A DNA stretch of 64,000 nt from Macrostomum lignano (lineage: Eukaryota). The position numbers and the translations under genes were made by a program. Below are positions 1 through 11,700 of the stretch, in pieces. The notes beneath the pieces are model-generated. The model searched no databases and was not told where the DNA came from. It worked only from the letters and a program-made list of their open reading frames with translations. The stretch covers positions 78,602-142,601 of the forward strand of contig NIVC01002760.1 in assembly GCA_002269645.1 (NCBI GenBank), written 5' to 3'. Numbering within the stretch: the stretch's first letter is position 1; every line of letters starts with the position of its first letter.

Positions 1-203
1 CCAAATCTCAAATCCCAAATTCAAAATCTCAAATCCTAAATCTCATGTCCGTTAAGTCCAAAGTTTTAGATCCAGAAAGTCTCGAATCCCTAAAAATTCA
101 AACCACTCTATAATCCTAAACATTCTCCGAAACCAGACCAAACCTTTTGTAGACTGAGTCTTGTAGACTGTAGCCTTATGTTATTAGTTCGCAACTTCTC
201 ATT

Positions 204-500
204 GGTTGTAGCCTAGTGGTTGGAGCTTCGGATTCACGACGATTCCAGATCCCACTGGAACAATTTGTGTCTTTGAGCAAGACACTTAGTTTAGCTAGCT
301 CTGCATTGCTTCAGTTCACCCAGCTGTAAAATGGGTGCCAGCATTAGCTGGGGTAATGTTAGTTGTTTTGAGTGGCGACCCCCCAGTCCTTGGACTGAAC
401 AGCCGTACGCAGTCTTCAGATGCGCCGCACAATAGCTGCGGCTGAGCTGTCGGTTAAGCACATGCATCTGGCCCAACTTGGGGCAGGTGTAATAAATAAT
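204..500 (+). mobile_element. tRNA-derived SINE with CORE-like central domain (copy 1, B box degraded)
   Basis: tRNA-like head ggttgtagcctagtggtt. CORE-like block gtgtctttgagcaagacactta...cacccagctgtaaaatggg. The 3' block ccagtccttggactgaacagccgtacgcag...gctgcggctgagctgt is shared almost exactly with the copy at 31837-32135. Ends in an A-rich (aat)n tail. Confidence 0.75.
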
Positions 501-596
501 AACAGTAATCGCTATTATATCTCATGCTGTCGGTTTGCTCCGACTACTGACCATAATTACAACGCTATCCGTTCCAACAACTATGAGAACGCCTCT

Positions 597-1030
597 GGCG
601 CTAAAATGAGTGCCTGCGGCGCTAAATGAGTGCCTGCGGCGCTAAAATGAGTGCCTGCGGCGCTAAAAAGTGCCTGCGGCGCTTAAATGAGTGCCTGCGG
701 CGCTAAAATGAGTGCCTGCGGCGCTAAAATGAGTGCCTGCGGCGCTGAAATGAGTGCCTGCGGCGCTAAAATGAGTGCCTGCGGCGCTAAAATGAGTGCC
801 TGCGGTGCTAAAATGAGTGCCTGCGGCGCTAAAATGAGTGCCTGCGGTGCTAAAATGAGTGCCTGCGGCGCTAAAATGAGTGCCTGCGGTGCTAAAATGA
901 GTGCCTGCGGAGCTAAAATGAGTGCCTGCGGCGCTAAAATGAGTGTCTGTGGCTCTAAAATGAGTGTCTGCGGCGCTAAAATGAGTGCCTGCGGCGCTAA
1001 AATGAGTGTCTGCGGCTCTAAAATGAGCGC
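597..1030. repeat. 21-bp minisatellite (AAAATGAGTGCCTGCGGCGCT), about 20 copies
   Basis: Direct reading of the array; explains the MSACGAK / HFSAAGT / APQALIL ORFs. Confidence 0.97.
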
Positions 1031-3186
1031 TGACAACACCGATTCTCAAAATACTGCACATGTAGAAATTTAGTCATGTGCAGAGTACATTTAAAATTCC
1101 TTGCTTTGTCCCTCCACCATAAAACTCATGGCGATCGACGCCCTCTCTGCTTCATGCCGCAGGGGCAGCTCAGCCTGTGCCTGACCACCATGAGCCTGAG
1201 CCTCTGGTTCTACTCGTACTTTTGATGGCTCCCAGCCCGGCCTATCGCCCGTCCGCGCCTGGCTGCCCTGCATCTTCTTCAGCGGCTCCGACACTAATAG
1301 AAAATTATTGCAAAGATTGCAATCTGATTGTAATTCTTCTTGCGAAAGATTGCAATATAAGTGCAATAATTATAATTGAAAATTACTATTGTTCGGGTGG
1401 GGGAGCGGGGGGTTTGGGGGGCGGCGAGCCCCCCACATTACGCAACCCTACCCAACAATTGCAATTATTATAATTATAACGCAATTTTATTGCAATCATT
1501 ACAATGGAAAAATCAAAGAGTTTTCTCATCCTTGCTTTAATGTGCGCGCACGGTTTGCCTTCAGCTGTTCTCCATGACTTTGCCTGCTTGGTATTGAAAC
1601 TTTCTACACTCGGATTCAGGAAAATAAGTAACACAAACAAAGTTCCAAAAGTTGTAATAACAAAACAGATTGCTATAATAGCTTAAACAGTAGCCAAACA
1701 CACAGATGGCTTATTTAAGCTAAGGTCTTTAGGTTTTTTAAAAGAACAAGACAGTAAACATTAATTAATATGATTACATAGATTGTACCAAAGTACAAAT
1801 AAACAACACTATTCCGCAGTCCGCAGCCATTAAATTTTATTAGCGTTCAAAACGCTGATATGCTATTACAAACCTATCATAGATATTTAATGTTAGACCC
1901 ACCCATTTGCCTGCACTAAAACAGCCACGCAGACCCTGTGTGCCCTCTCTGTGTTAATTTATCTAACTGCCTAACTATGCAAAAAAGCAAATAAGATTTG
2001 TGAGGCGGAAAAATATCACGCCACCACCCAACGCTGCCCCCGAGCACAATGCTGAGCATTATAAATACAATGCAATTGAAAGAGCCGAGGCTCTTCACTG
2101 CCTAGTTTAGTAGAGTTTGAGCTCAAACATAAGAAAAGGGCTTGTCTCAGATCTTCGAAGCTTCTGTCTGTCGTGGCAGAGGGGTAGCAGGCGTGTAAGG
2201 TAGTTGGTGTGAGAGGCCACCAGAGACTACCGATAAACCACCTGTTACAAATTTACTGACCCCCCGAATTTAAACAAAGGCTGTCGATTCGTCCACCTTT
2301 TTAAAGGTTCGCCTGCTTTCGCGTTTTGGGATCTGGACTGCCTTTGCAGCAGCACCAATTCATAGGGGAAAAACATGAGAAATAAACTACAAATTCTCCC
2401 CTCTAAGCCTACACCTCAACTTCATTCAATTTGTCCCTCTCTACAGTCTTCTGCCATCTCCTTCTCTATCCACTCTACTACACCATTAAACTGCTACTGC
2501 CACCAGCATGGTGGATATGGTATGGATTTAGTTAGCTCGTAATTAGTGCTGGCAATGCTTTCTTTTCTCATGTAAGCGAAATTGTGAGCACATTACGAGC
2601 TACCAGCATGCTAATCCAACATTGTACCCACCCTACTTCTACTCTCTACCCTTCTCCTCTTAACTCTACCCTCCCTACTTTGTCCTATCATCTCCTCTAC
2701 CGTCTCCTCTCATCTCCCTCCCCGTAAGTCTCTGTCGAAAATATTCTGTCCCTGGAGTCTCGGAGGGGCTCCTCTCGTGACCGAGGTGATCCTCATCTCC
2801 GAGCACTGCCACCTGAAACCCGCGGGCACAGTGGACAGCCGCTGAGCGAATTTCTCTGCTCTCTCCGCACATCTGACCTCCAAACTTTGATAACTTTTTT
2901 AAATGTCTCAAAGGTAAATGGAAACGAGTTTTTTTCAACTGGGGTTTCTCAATGCTACTCAAATTCAAAAAGGCAATATTTGAAGTTGGTGCATAAACCA
3001 CTGAAAGCAAAACAGGATGGACGCGAGACGCTAAGATGACGAATACATGAAAAATACATGTGCGCACAACATGGGAATAAGTATCTTGTGGGCAAGGTGA
3101 GTGGAAGGGGGCGAGAGAAATCTTGTGCCCAGTGTCCAGGAGAACTTGGCGCGACGCAGGCCTTCCGCTCCAGCTGAGTCGTCAGT

Positions 3187-3370
3187 GGCGGTAGGCAGTG
3201 GACCTGTTGGGGGAGAGGCGGTAGGCAGTGGAGATGCTGGGGGAGAGGCGGTAGGCAGCGGAGCTGTTGGGGGAGAGGCGGTAGGCAGTGGAGATGTTGG
3301 GGGAGAGGCGGTAGGCAGCGGAGATGTTGGGGGAGAGGCGGTAGGCAGTGGAGATGTTGGGGGGAGAGGC
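3187..3370. repeat. 30-bp GC-rich tandem repeat (GGGGAGAGGCGGTAGGCAGTGGAGATGTTG), about 6 copies
   Basis: Direct reading; gives the GEAVGSGDVG repeats in ORF 3101-3391. Confidence 0.9.
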
Positions 3371-4399
3371 GGTTGGCTTGACTTACTTTGACTTAACTGC
3401 AGGGCTGTCCCGGAGGGGACACAGCGGGAAGGCGCGGGCGCCCATGAGGCGGTTGGCAGTGGAGATGTTTGGGGAGAGGCGGCCGTGCAGGTTGGCAGCG
3501 GACCTCAGCCTACATGTAGGCATGTAGGCTGAGGAATATTCAAAGTGAGGAGGAGAGGGGTAAGGAGTAGGGGTAGGGGTAGGAGGTGAGGAGGATCGAG
3601 AGGGGGTAGATGTGATCGGAGGACAGGAGGTTGGGTTGAGAGGAGTCCTGTCATGATCATAAACTGCACAATTTCACCTCAAAATAATCATGAGGGTATA
3701 TAGGGGTAGAGTTAATCTAAACTGTGGGGGTCTCTGTGTACAATCTGTATACAAGACTTTATACAATCGAGTTTATAACTATACAACAAAAACCATACAA
3801 TCTTTGGGTCTTGCACCTAAAAGAGTTGACTACATGTATAAGGTCAGGGATGGTAGAGTGAGGAGAGAGGAGTGTAGGCGTTTTGTGACGTATAAAGTGG
3901 CGGCTTCGAGAATAATCGGCGAAGGCAAATAAATACGGCAGTGGCAAATTTGTAGCCGTAGCACTTGGCAGTAACGGCGGCTAATGCGAGCAATGGCCGC
4001 AGACTTCGTTTAGTGTAACGTATGTTATTGTCAACAGAGACAGGTCAAAGTACTAGTTAGGTTCGTAACGATGCACTGGTGGCTACGCAACAATGAGTTA
4101 GATAGTAGAAGGTCGATGAGTTGAGGCAGTGGCGAAGAGATGATGGCGGTGAACGTACGGTGGCGGTGCTCGTAGTGAGAGCTCGAACAGACAGTAGGAG
4201 TGGCGTGACAGAGAGTGGCAGAGGCGTGGTCTAGAACCGTGGCGGAGTGAGGCAGGAAGAGAAGGCAAGAACAAGAGTGCCGGGGCGGCAAGGATCTACA
4301 GGCGGGGACGCAAAACCCGATTAACCCCGAGCGCACGGCCACACAGGACTGAGAAAGAGTGGGCTGGGGGGGGGGGTGGGCGCGTGAGAACTTAGTATA

Positions 4400-4854
4400 A
4401 TTAACCCGCAACCCCACCAGCAGCAAAAGGAAGGCAAAGGCGGCGGGTTGGCAGCGAGCACAAAGCAGCGACGAGGTGGGGAAGGCGACCCCTTCGGATG
4501 TTGCACTTATTTTGAGCAATACACGGGCGTACGTCGAATTCGAAATTGATCGATAAAACCGGGGAGAATAAAACAAGAGAAATTAAAAAAAATAAAAAAT
4601 CTGAGCAATTGCACACAGACGGTCAAGCCAGAAAATACTGGGTTTAAGAACCCTCGGCACGCGGCGGAGGGGGGGGCGGAGGAGAGGTGGGCAAAGGGGG
4701 TGGGGTGGGGTTAACACACTTTACACTGAGGCCCACGGAGCAGGCCTAGTGTAAAGTAGACATTAACTCGCAACCCCACAAGCAGCAAAAGGAAGGCAAA
4801 GGCGGCGGGTTGGCAGTGAGCACAAAGCAGCGACGACGTGGGGAAGGCGACCCC
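4400..4854 (-). repeat. 3' terminal split-repeat block B1-A2-spacer-B2 of the Ngaro element
   Basis: B (about 93 bp, taac.cgcaacccca...ggggaaggcgacccc) occurs at 4400-4492 and 4762-4854. A (about 173 bp, aaataaaaaatctgagcaattg...gtaaagtagacat) occurs at 4590-4763 and 7506-7677. Confidence 0.93.
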
Positions 4855-4883
4855 AACCCCGAAAAAAGAAGAAGCGGGGGAAG

Positions 4884-5553
4884 TTAGTGATAATTAATAG
4901 AAGCAGCAATCTGCTGGACGGCGGAGCGCCTGCGGGCAAAAGCTGCATCGTCCGAGAAATAGCGGAAGACGGGGGTCGGAGCGCCAGTCACCAAGGCAGC
5001 GGATGTCGGCCACGGAGAGGCCACCCTGGAAGGCGGCGCTGGCTCCGCCCCTGCGCAGACTGTGGCCAGAGAAGTTTTCCTCAGCAGGGATGCCGCAGAT
5101 CGACAGGCCCCGCTTGAGCAGGCGGATGAAGTTCGAGGCAGCCAACGGGACTCTGCGGGCGCCCAGGACAGCGAAGAGAGGCTGGTGCGGCTCGACAACT
5201 TGGTTCTCACGCAGATGAGTGGCGAGGGCAGAGACCGGGCAGATCGGTGGGCAGTCGGTGCATTGCGGAAGGAACACCAGCAGCTGACGCTCCTTGAACT
5301 GGTTCGTCTTGGACTTGCCGATGGTCAGGCGGAGGCCACCGGGGCAGGTCGACAGCACACCGCGGCGCAAAGCAGCGCCAGCAGTAGACGGAAGACGCTC
5401 GCCCAGACGAAGGACGCCCCACAAGGCAACCAGCAGCGCAGCCTTGAAGGCCACGAAGAGGCGCCGCGGGGCAGCAATTGCTGAAGCAGAGGGCTGTTGC
5501 AGAGCAGGCGGAGATGATGCGGCTGCAGTGGCTCTGCCCTGCGTGGCTTTCTG
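4884..5553 (-). pseudogene. Tyrosine recombinase of the Ngaro element, N-terminus deleted, frameshifted
   Basis: Motifs RAEPLQPHHLRLL, AALLVALWGVLRLGE (catalytic R), KSKTNQF, CPVSAL and FSGHSLRRGGAS (H-x-x-R). GDWRSD is followed by VFRY (catalytic Tyr) in a shifted frame that ends at stop 4884. Confidence 0.9.
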
Positions 5554-5554
5554 C

Positions 5555-6420
5555 TTAGTAGATCTCACGGGAGAGGCAGTCCTTCAGCAAATCCCTGGTG
5601 CTGGCGGCCTTGTCCATGGGCAGCGACAGTGTTCCGTCATTTGTGTCGATTTGAACGCCGAGGAAGACCATCCGCTGCGTTGGGGCCGTGGACTTGCTCC
5701 AGTTGATGGTGAAGCCCACTGGCAGGAGGTGCACCAGGTAGTCGTAAGCGCATTCAGAGGCTTCATGTGAGTCGCCGGCAACTACCCAGTCGTCCAGGTA
5801 GTTGACCGTAGCTTGGAAGCCTTGCCTAAGCATGTGGCGATGAATGGCGGCTGAGAGACGGTGAAAGATCCCGCAAGAGACCCGGGCACCGAATGGCAGC
5901 CGGGCGTCGATGAACACCGAGGATTCGGTGTCAGCTGTGCAACGCCAGCTGATGCCTGTCAACGCCTGATCGTCCGGGTGGATGCCGACAGAGCGGTAGG
6001 CCTGCTTCAGATCGACCTTGCCGATAAACGAGCCGGGCCGGATGTGACGCAGCAGATCCTGCACGGAGAATCTCAGACTCCGCTCCTGCTCATAGCTGTC
6101 GTTGACCGAAGAGCCGGAAGGACTGGACAGATCGTGAATTATCCGAACGCTGCCATCAGACTTAGGGATCGCGCCGATAGCATTCACCATGACGCGTCCG
6201 CTAGCGGGTTTTAAGCGGCCAAGGCGGAGCTCTTCGGAGAGTTGCTTGTCAATCTGCTCGGCATGGTCAGTAGCAGAACGGTAGTTGGAAGAATGCGTGG
6301 AGGCAGGCGGAGGCTTGTTGATGAGGCGGAAGCCGTTATAAAGGCCTTTTCGGAGGAATCTCGTCTGGGTCGTTACGTAGCAGAAGATTCCAAGAAGCCA
6401 AGTTCATGTCAGAAGACAGC
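5555..6420 (-). pseudogene. DIRS/Ngaro-type reverse transcriptase, truncated before RNase H
   Basis: Motifs NAIGAIPKSDGSVRIIHDLS, GKVDLKQAYR, RLPFGARVSCGIF, NYLDDW, GFTINWSKS and FLGVQIDT. The upstream part (WNLLLRNDP.../GLYNGFR) is offset by a frameshift near 6365. Confidence 0.9.
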
Positions 6421-6538
6421 ACCCGATGCGGCGGGGGAGGCGGGTCGGGTTGGCGGGCAGGGGTGAGGGGATGCAAGCAATGGAATGGGGGCGGGCGGGG
6501 GATAAAAGCATGGTGGCTATAAAATAAATCTAGTTTTT

Positions 6539-7480
6539 TTACCCCTCTGCCGCATCGCTGCTCTGACGATGCAGTTGGGCGGGATGCGGCTTGCCGCAGC
6601 CAGGCAGCTTGCAGACGTGCCGGTACCTGCAGCTGGACCGTTGACAGCCAGCTGTTAAGTTGAAGCTCAGGCAAACGGGCGCCTGCGGCTGCGAGATACC
6701 TTCAGATTGCGTAGAGCGTTCAGGTGTCGATGGTACAGCTGCGGGGGTTCGCACCCCCACTGATGCAATTCTGACTCGGCCATCAGCTTCCTGTAGTCTT
6801 CATCGAACTCCCACACAACGTTTGGGCTGTAGTTGGCGTCCAGGAGTTCCCCGATCTTCTGGGAGTACAGCAGGTAGCCTCTCAGCTCGCTGGTGTTCAC
6901 AGACCCGTCGTCATTCAGATAGATGAGCGAGCCGTCGTCAATCAGGCGCTGTAGGATTTGAGCATTTCCATAGACCACGCAGGTGGTCAGGCTCTCGCTT
7001 GACTGATTGGCGTTGGGCTTGACAAAGTCTCGGATCAGGTAGGCCCGGCTGCGCTTTCTGGCCGACTGACCGCTCTCTACACCTGCGCAAGATAAAAAGG
7101 CCTCATGCACACCAGCAGGAAAAGCTGTAGGCTCACCTTGAGAGGAGGTAGCAGTCTAACTGATTCCCGTTGAGCTCGCGCTGCAGTTAAGCACGGCGCT
7201 GCGTCAGCGCCTTGATTTCCAGCTCTTCGACCTCCTTCCGCAGAGCCGCCAGGTCGCCAGCCGCGCCCCCCCGTCGCCTCTTGCCCGCCTGTTGACTGGT
7301 CGTCGATGATTCCTGCATCAAGAGTCGAGCCGGAGCTGTCATAGTCGGCTGCAGGAGCTTCAGACTGCAAGTGGCGGCATAGCCGTTCGTAGAGCTGATG
7401 TTTGCAGCCTTTTTTTGGGAGACCGCGCTTGGCCAGCTCTGCTCTGAGCTGTCTGCTGTTAGTGCGCGTGCACTTTCCAT
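6539..7480 (-). pseudogene. Ngaro ORF1 (gag-like), frameshifted: N-terminal SAP-like motif and C-terminal Cys/His zinc finger
   Basis: ATG at 7480. Contains RQLRAELAKRGLPKKGCKHQLYERL (SAP-like), VWEFDEDYRKLMAESELHQWG (Ngaro ORF1-type motif) and CLSFNLTAGCQRSSCRYRHVCKLPGCGKPH. The motifs are split over several reading frames. Confidence 0.75.
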
Positions 7481-7505
7481 GGTTGTTGACAAATAAAAAA
7501 ATTGC

Positions 7506-7677
7506 AAATAAAAAATCTGAGCAATTGCACACAGACGGTCAAGCCAGAAAATACTGGGTTTAAGAACCCCCGGCACGCGGCGGAGGGGGGTGTAGGAGAG
7601 GTGGGCGAAGGGGGTGGGGTGGGGTTAACACACTTTACACTGAGGCCCACGGAGCAGGCCTAGTGTAAAGTAGACAT
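7506..7677 (-). repeat. 5' terminal repeat A1 of the Ngaro element
   Basis: Near-identical to 4590-4763. Confidence 0.93.
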
Positions 7678-8754
7678 AATGCGCGCGGCTTTTCTATTGG
7701 CCAGCTGGGAAAAACAGAAAACCGAAATTATCGATCGCGCACTGTACGCAGGCTTTACAAATGTACGCAGATGATTAAAATTCTTTGGGCACTACTTTAA
7801 AAAGACGTGAGAGTACAAAACCAACAACATTATAGTTTGGTTTAGTTTGGTATAGTATGTCAAAACGGCCCTTGGCGGGGCTACTTAAACTGCATGACAA
7901 CGTCACAGTTTAGCGATGAGCGTCTAGCCATATTGGTCAATCGCTCACGTACACGTACGTTCTTCCAATCTTTTTTTCAAGGACCACTAGGAACACTTCG
8001 TTATAAAAGTCTAGTCTAGTAGTCCTTGTCTTTTTTTGCAGCAGCGCCCTCTACTCGCCGCAATTAGCGGCGCGATTTTACTAGGACCGCCGCCATCCCG
8101 TGATCCCCCGTCATATGAAGTTGTTTTCCCATTACGCTCGTACTAATTATAAATGCAGGCCGTTGTTCGAGCCAAAAACCCGACATGCCAGTGTAAAGAC
8201 CGTATGTAGCAAATACCAATTAAAACTAAAAACGCACGAACATGATGTATACGTTTAAAAAGCTTCAAAACATATTTTTAATAAAAATATAATTATAGAT
8301 AGACCTATTATGAAAGTTGCACTTACGTTACACAGTTTTCATGGTTATCAAACTCATATTGCTGTTAGCTTTTTTGTTTAAGTCTTTTAACTTCTTAGCA
8401 AATTGGATTTGATTTAAATGTCCCTTTTTAGATACGGCTCCGGACCTGTGCGCGCCGGGAGCTTAAATCTTGCTTTGCTCGCTTGCTGACGTTATAATAA
8501 ACTCATAAAGGAAGCTAATATAAAAGTTACAACTCAGGCCTAGGCTAATTGAGTTAAAAAGCTTTCTGATTCGCTTATTTAGTCTTTGCTACTTTATTCA
8601 CGGTCAACATTCGAACATTGTCATTGTTAAGACTCTAGAGTAAGACTAAGGCTGAGTCTACTTTTTTCTGTTTAGGCTTAATTAATATAGTTTTTAGCTT
8701 AACAGAAAAGCCTTTTAATAACCTTCGTTCTGTTAATGAGAAACGTCCTTTAAA

Positions 8755-11700
8755 ATGGTCGAAAATTCAGTTCTGCATGAAGAAGTGACTAGTAAGTACA
8801 TAGCCCAGCCATTGACCATCAATAACATTAAGTTATTTGACTTTAAAATAAAATGTGTTTTGTAATATGTCTGCTCATTCAGACTTCAGAATCATTCCAT
8901 GCCATGCCAACTATGTGCATTTTAACATTAAGAAACTTCCAGGTAAAAAATGCTTATTATACCCAGGGTTGGCCGGTTGGGCACCAGTCTATTATGTATT
9001 AATAAGCATTAATCAATTAATATTAAGTCCTTATAAGTGTTAAGATTTTTTATTATGTTAATGGACTGCCATTATGGACTGCCATTAAGATTTTTTTGAA
9101 CTAGCAGATTAACAAATTTGCATTGACAAATTTATCGTTAACATTAACAACAATGTCAAAAGTCAAGACCAACAATGAAAAGAAAGAACAAAAATAAGTC
9201 TAACAAGAAGCTATAACATTATTATGAATGTATTTGAATTTACCTAAATGCCCAATTAATCTCTTTGTTTATAATGAGGGTGCTGACCAATTTGGTGACA
9301 AACAAATTTGGCAATAGAGATTCACAATGGACTAATTCAGCCAAAGCAAATTCGGCAACAATTAATGAAGAAAAAACAATTGCATATGATCTGAATAATT
9401 CTTTTTGTAGAATGGTATTCTATAATGCAGATTAGCTTTCCTTTTGTTAACTGAATTTGTTTTATCTATCATTTATTCTTAGTGAATTTTAAGTCCTTTC
9501 CAAGAAATGTTCTAATTTCAGGCTAAGCGGCCTCATAAGCAAAAACCTATTGGACTTGAAAAAATGAGAAAAATGATTTCTCGTATGCTTAATAAGGTCT
9601 TTCCATTGTTACAATGTCAAGGAAGGAATTCAGCCTTTTAACTGCCCCCCCCCTCTTTTGATGTGAGCCATTTAAGGCACCCAATTCATTCTAATTTAAA
9701 CCCCCTTTTCATGGTTATCTATCTGTTTTATTACTCTGCAATTAGTCACCTATCCTACCTCTGTGCATGCCCGCCAAAGAGTGCATGCAGGGTAGTGATT
9801 GGTGCCTTGTTCCAAAGCGTGAATCTCATTTATTCATCACTTGGATGGCCTCTTGAGTATATAAGGCTCAAATATACCGGATTTATTTGTGTGAATGCAA
9901 CCTGGCAGGAATTCAAATGTGGAATCCACCCCATCTCATTTCATGAGTGTCAGCAACCAACCGATTTCAAGTCAAACACCAAGTTTTATTTTCTTTCTCT
10001 ACCCCCACCTCATTTGCTTTAACTTGTCTTTTATTAGGCTAGCTATAAAAAGACATGTCACTAAATTTGCCTAGATTGTTGCCAAATTCGCTTTTACCAA
10101 ATTAGTCCATTGTGAATCTCTGTCGCCAAATTTGTGTGCATCCTATAATGATAATCATGCAGATGTAGCAACTTTGGCAATTCTTCGGTTTACAATCACT
10201 GTCTATTTTGCCAGTTTCAGTTTACAATCACCTATTTTTCCAGTGTTTGGTTTACGATCACCTTATATTTTGCTTATTGCAGTGCAAAAATGGCATGTTC
10301 AAAACTAAGACATAAAAACCAAAGGTAGTTTTAAATGAAAAGAATGCAAAAGTTGGCTGATCAACTAACTTTGTTTATTTGAAATTGAAAAGATTTGTAT
10401 ATTGGTCACTAGTAGAACTTTTATATATAGCACTTTTGGATTATGATCATCTAAAGCTGGCTATTGGAAAGCATGTCAACCCTAGCTTAGGACTAGTATA
10501 ATTAATCTTTAGCGCTGCACCCTCCTCACTTTTGGTTTATAATCACTTTTCAGATGCACTCCATTAAAATGATCGGGAACTGAAGCTGGCTATAGGCCCT
10601 ATTGGAATAAGTTTCAAAAACCTGTGGACGTGCAACACGGGTGCCAAAATTGTACCCTCAAAAGCACGACGCGACACCAAACAGTAAAACAACAAAGGTA
10701 CAACACTTAAAAAAACAGTGCACACATTGTAACTAACAAGTAACATTTCTAAAAATTATATTTGAAGTATTAGTTACTTTACCATCAAAATAAAAAAGAA
10801 CAATTCAAGAACTAGTTATTATCAAACATGTTTGAAACATTTAAATACCAAGAAACAACCTTAAACATATTACAATGAAACATAGTTTGCGAGGTTTTGG
10901 CTACATATCCAGGCTGCAACACGACACATGACAACGCCAGCCGCCAAGTTGCCATACTGTTACGTCGCGTGACGCAACACATGATGACACTAGATTTCCA
11001 CAGTGTCGCACAATGTGACACACCACTTGACACCACTGTCGCGCAATGCGACACCAGGAAAATCTGAAAATGCGACAGATGGTTGTCCGCATTTTGTCAA
11101 CTTATTCCAATAGGGGCTGTAGGAAAGCATGTCAACCCTTAGTACACTTTCTTACAGCCAGCTTCGGTTCATGATCATTTTAATGGGCAACATACATTTG
11201 GGTGATTGTAAACTGAAGGTGAAATATTTAGGCTACTATAGCTCAAACTTGCGACTTAACAGTTGAAATTAGTTTGATAGGTTTTTCTACTGCCAGCTTT
11301 CGTTTGCAATCATGTCAATGGGCAACATAAATTTGAGTGATTGTAAACCAAATGTGAAATATAAGGTGCTACAACAATCTTACCATTTTTTGAAATAAAC
11401 AAAGTCAGTTTGCCAACATTTGATTTTGTTACATTGAAAACTATGGATTTTATGTCTTACAACTATTTTTTGTGGTGATTGTCACTGTTTAACCATAGGC
11501 AGACGGATGGCCGTTTTCGTCCATTCTGTCTACCTCCAAGCTAGATGGCATAAAATCAATCTCTATGGGCCAGATTTGTTGGATTTTTTACCACAGCCGT
11601 TCCCGACGACTAGAGGCCGAAAACGGCCATATAAATATTATGTATAAGGACTACTGACTGCTATATATAACCATATTTATAATCAATAGAATTTCATTCC

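Larger units (their letters stand above)
4400..7677 (-). mobile_element. Ngaro-type (DIRS order) tyrosine-recombinase retrotransposon, internally deleted and non-autonomous
   Basis: Minus-strand order is A1 (7677-7506), gag-like ORF1, RT, YR, B1 (4854-4762), A2 (4763-4590), a spacer of about 97 bp, then B2 (4492-4400). Split direct repeats plus RT and YR are diagnostic of Ngaro/PAT-like elements. Confidence 0.92.

Noticed and set aside
389-456. Self-cleaving ribozyme in the SINE tail
   Set aside because: A hairpin is present, but I could not find the hammerhead (CUGANGA/GAAA) or HDV core consensus.
663-1073. Repetitive ORFs on both strands (MSACGAK etc.)
   Set aside because: 21-bp minisatellite artefact.
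1091-1480. Short ORFs / possible exon at 1090-1290
   Set aside because: No recognisable motif or consistent splice sites; cannot be supported.
5062-6466. Plus-strand ORFs of 117-158 aa over the retrotransposon
   Set aside because: Antisense shadows of GC-rich RT and YR coding sequence.
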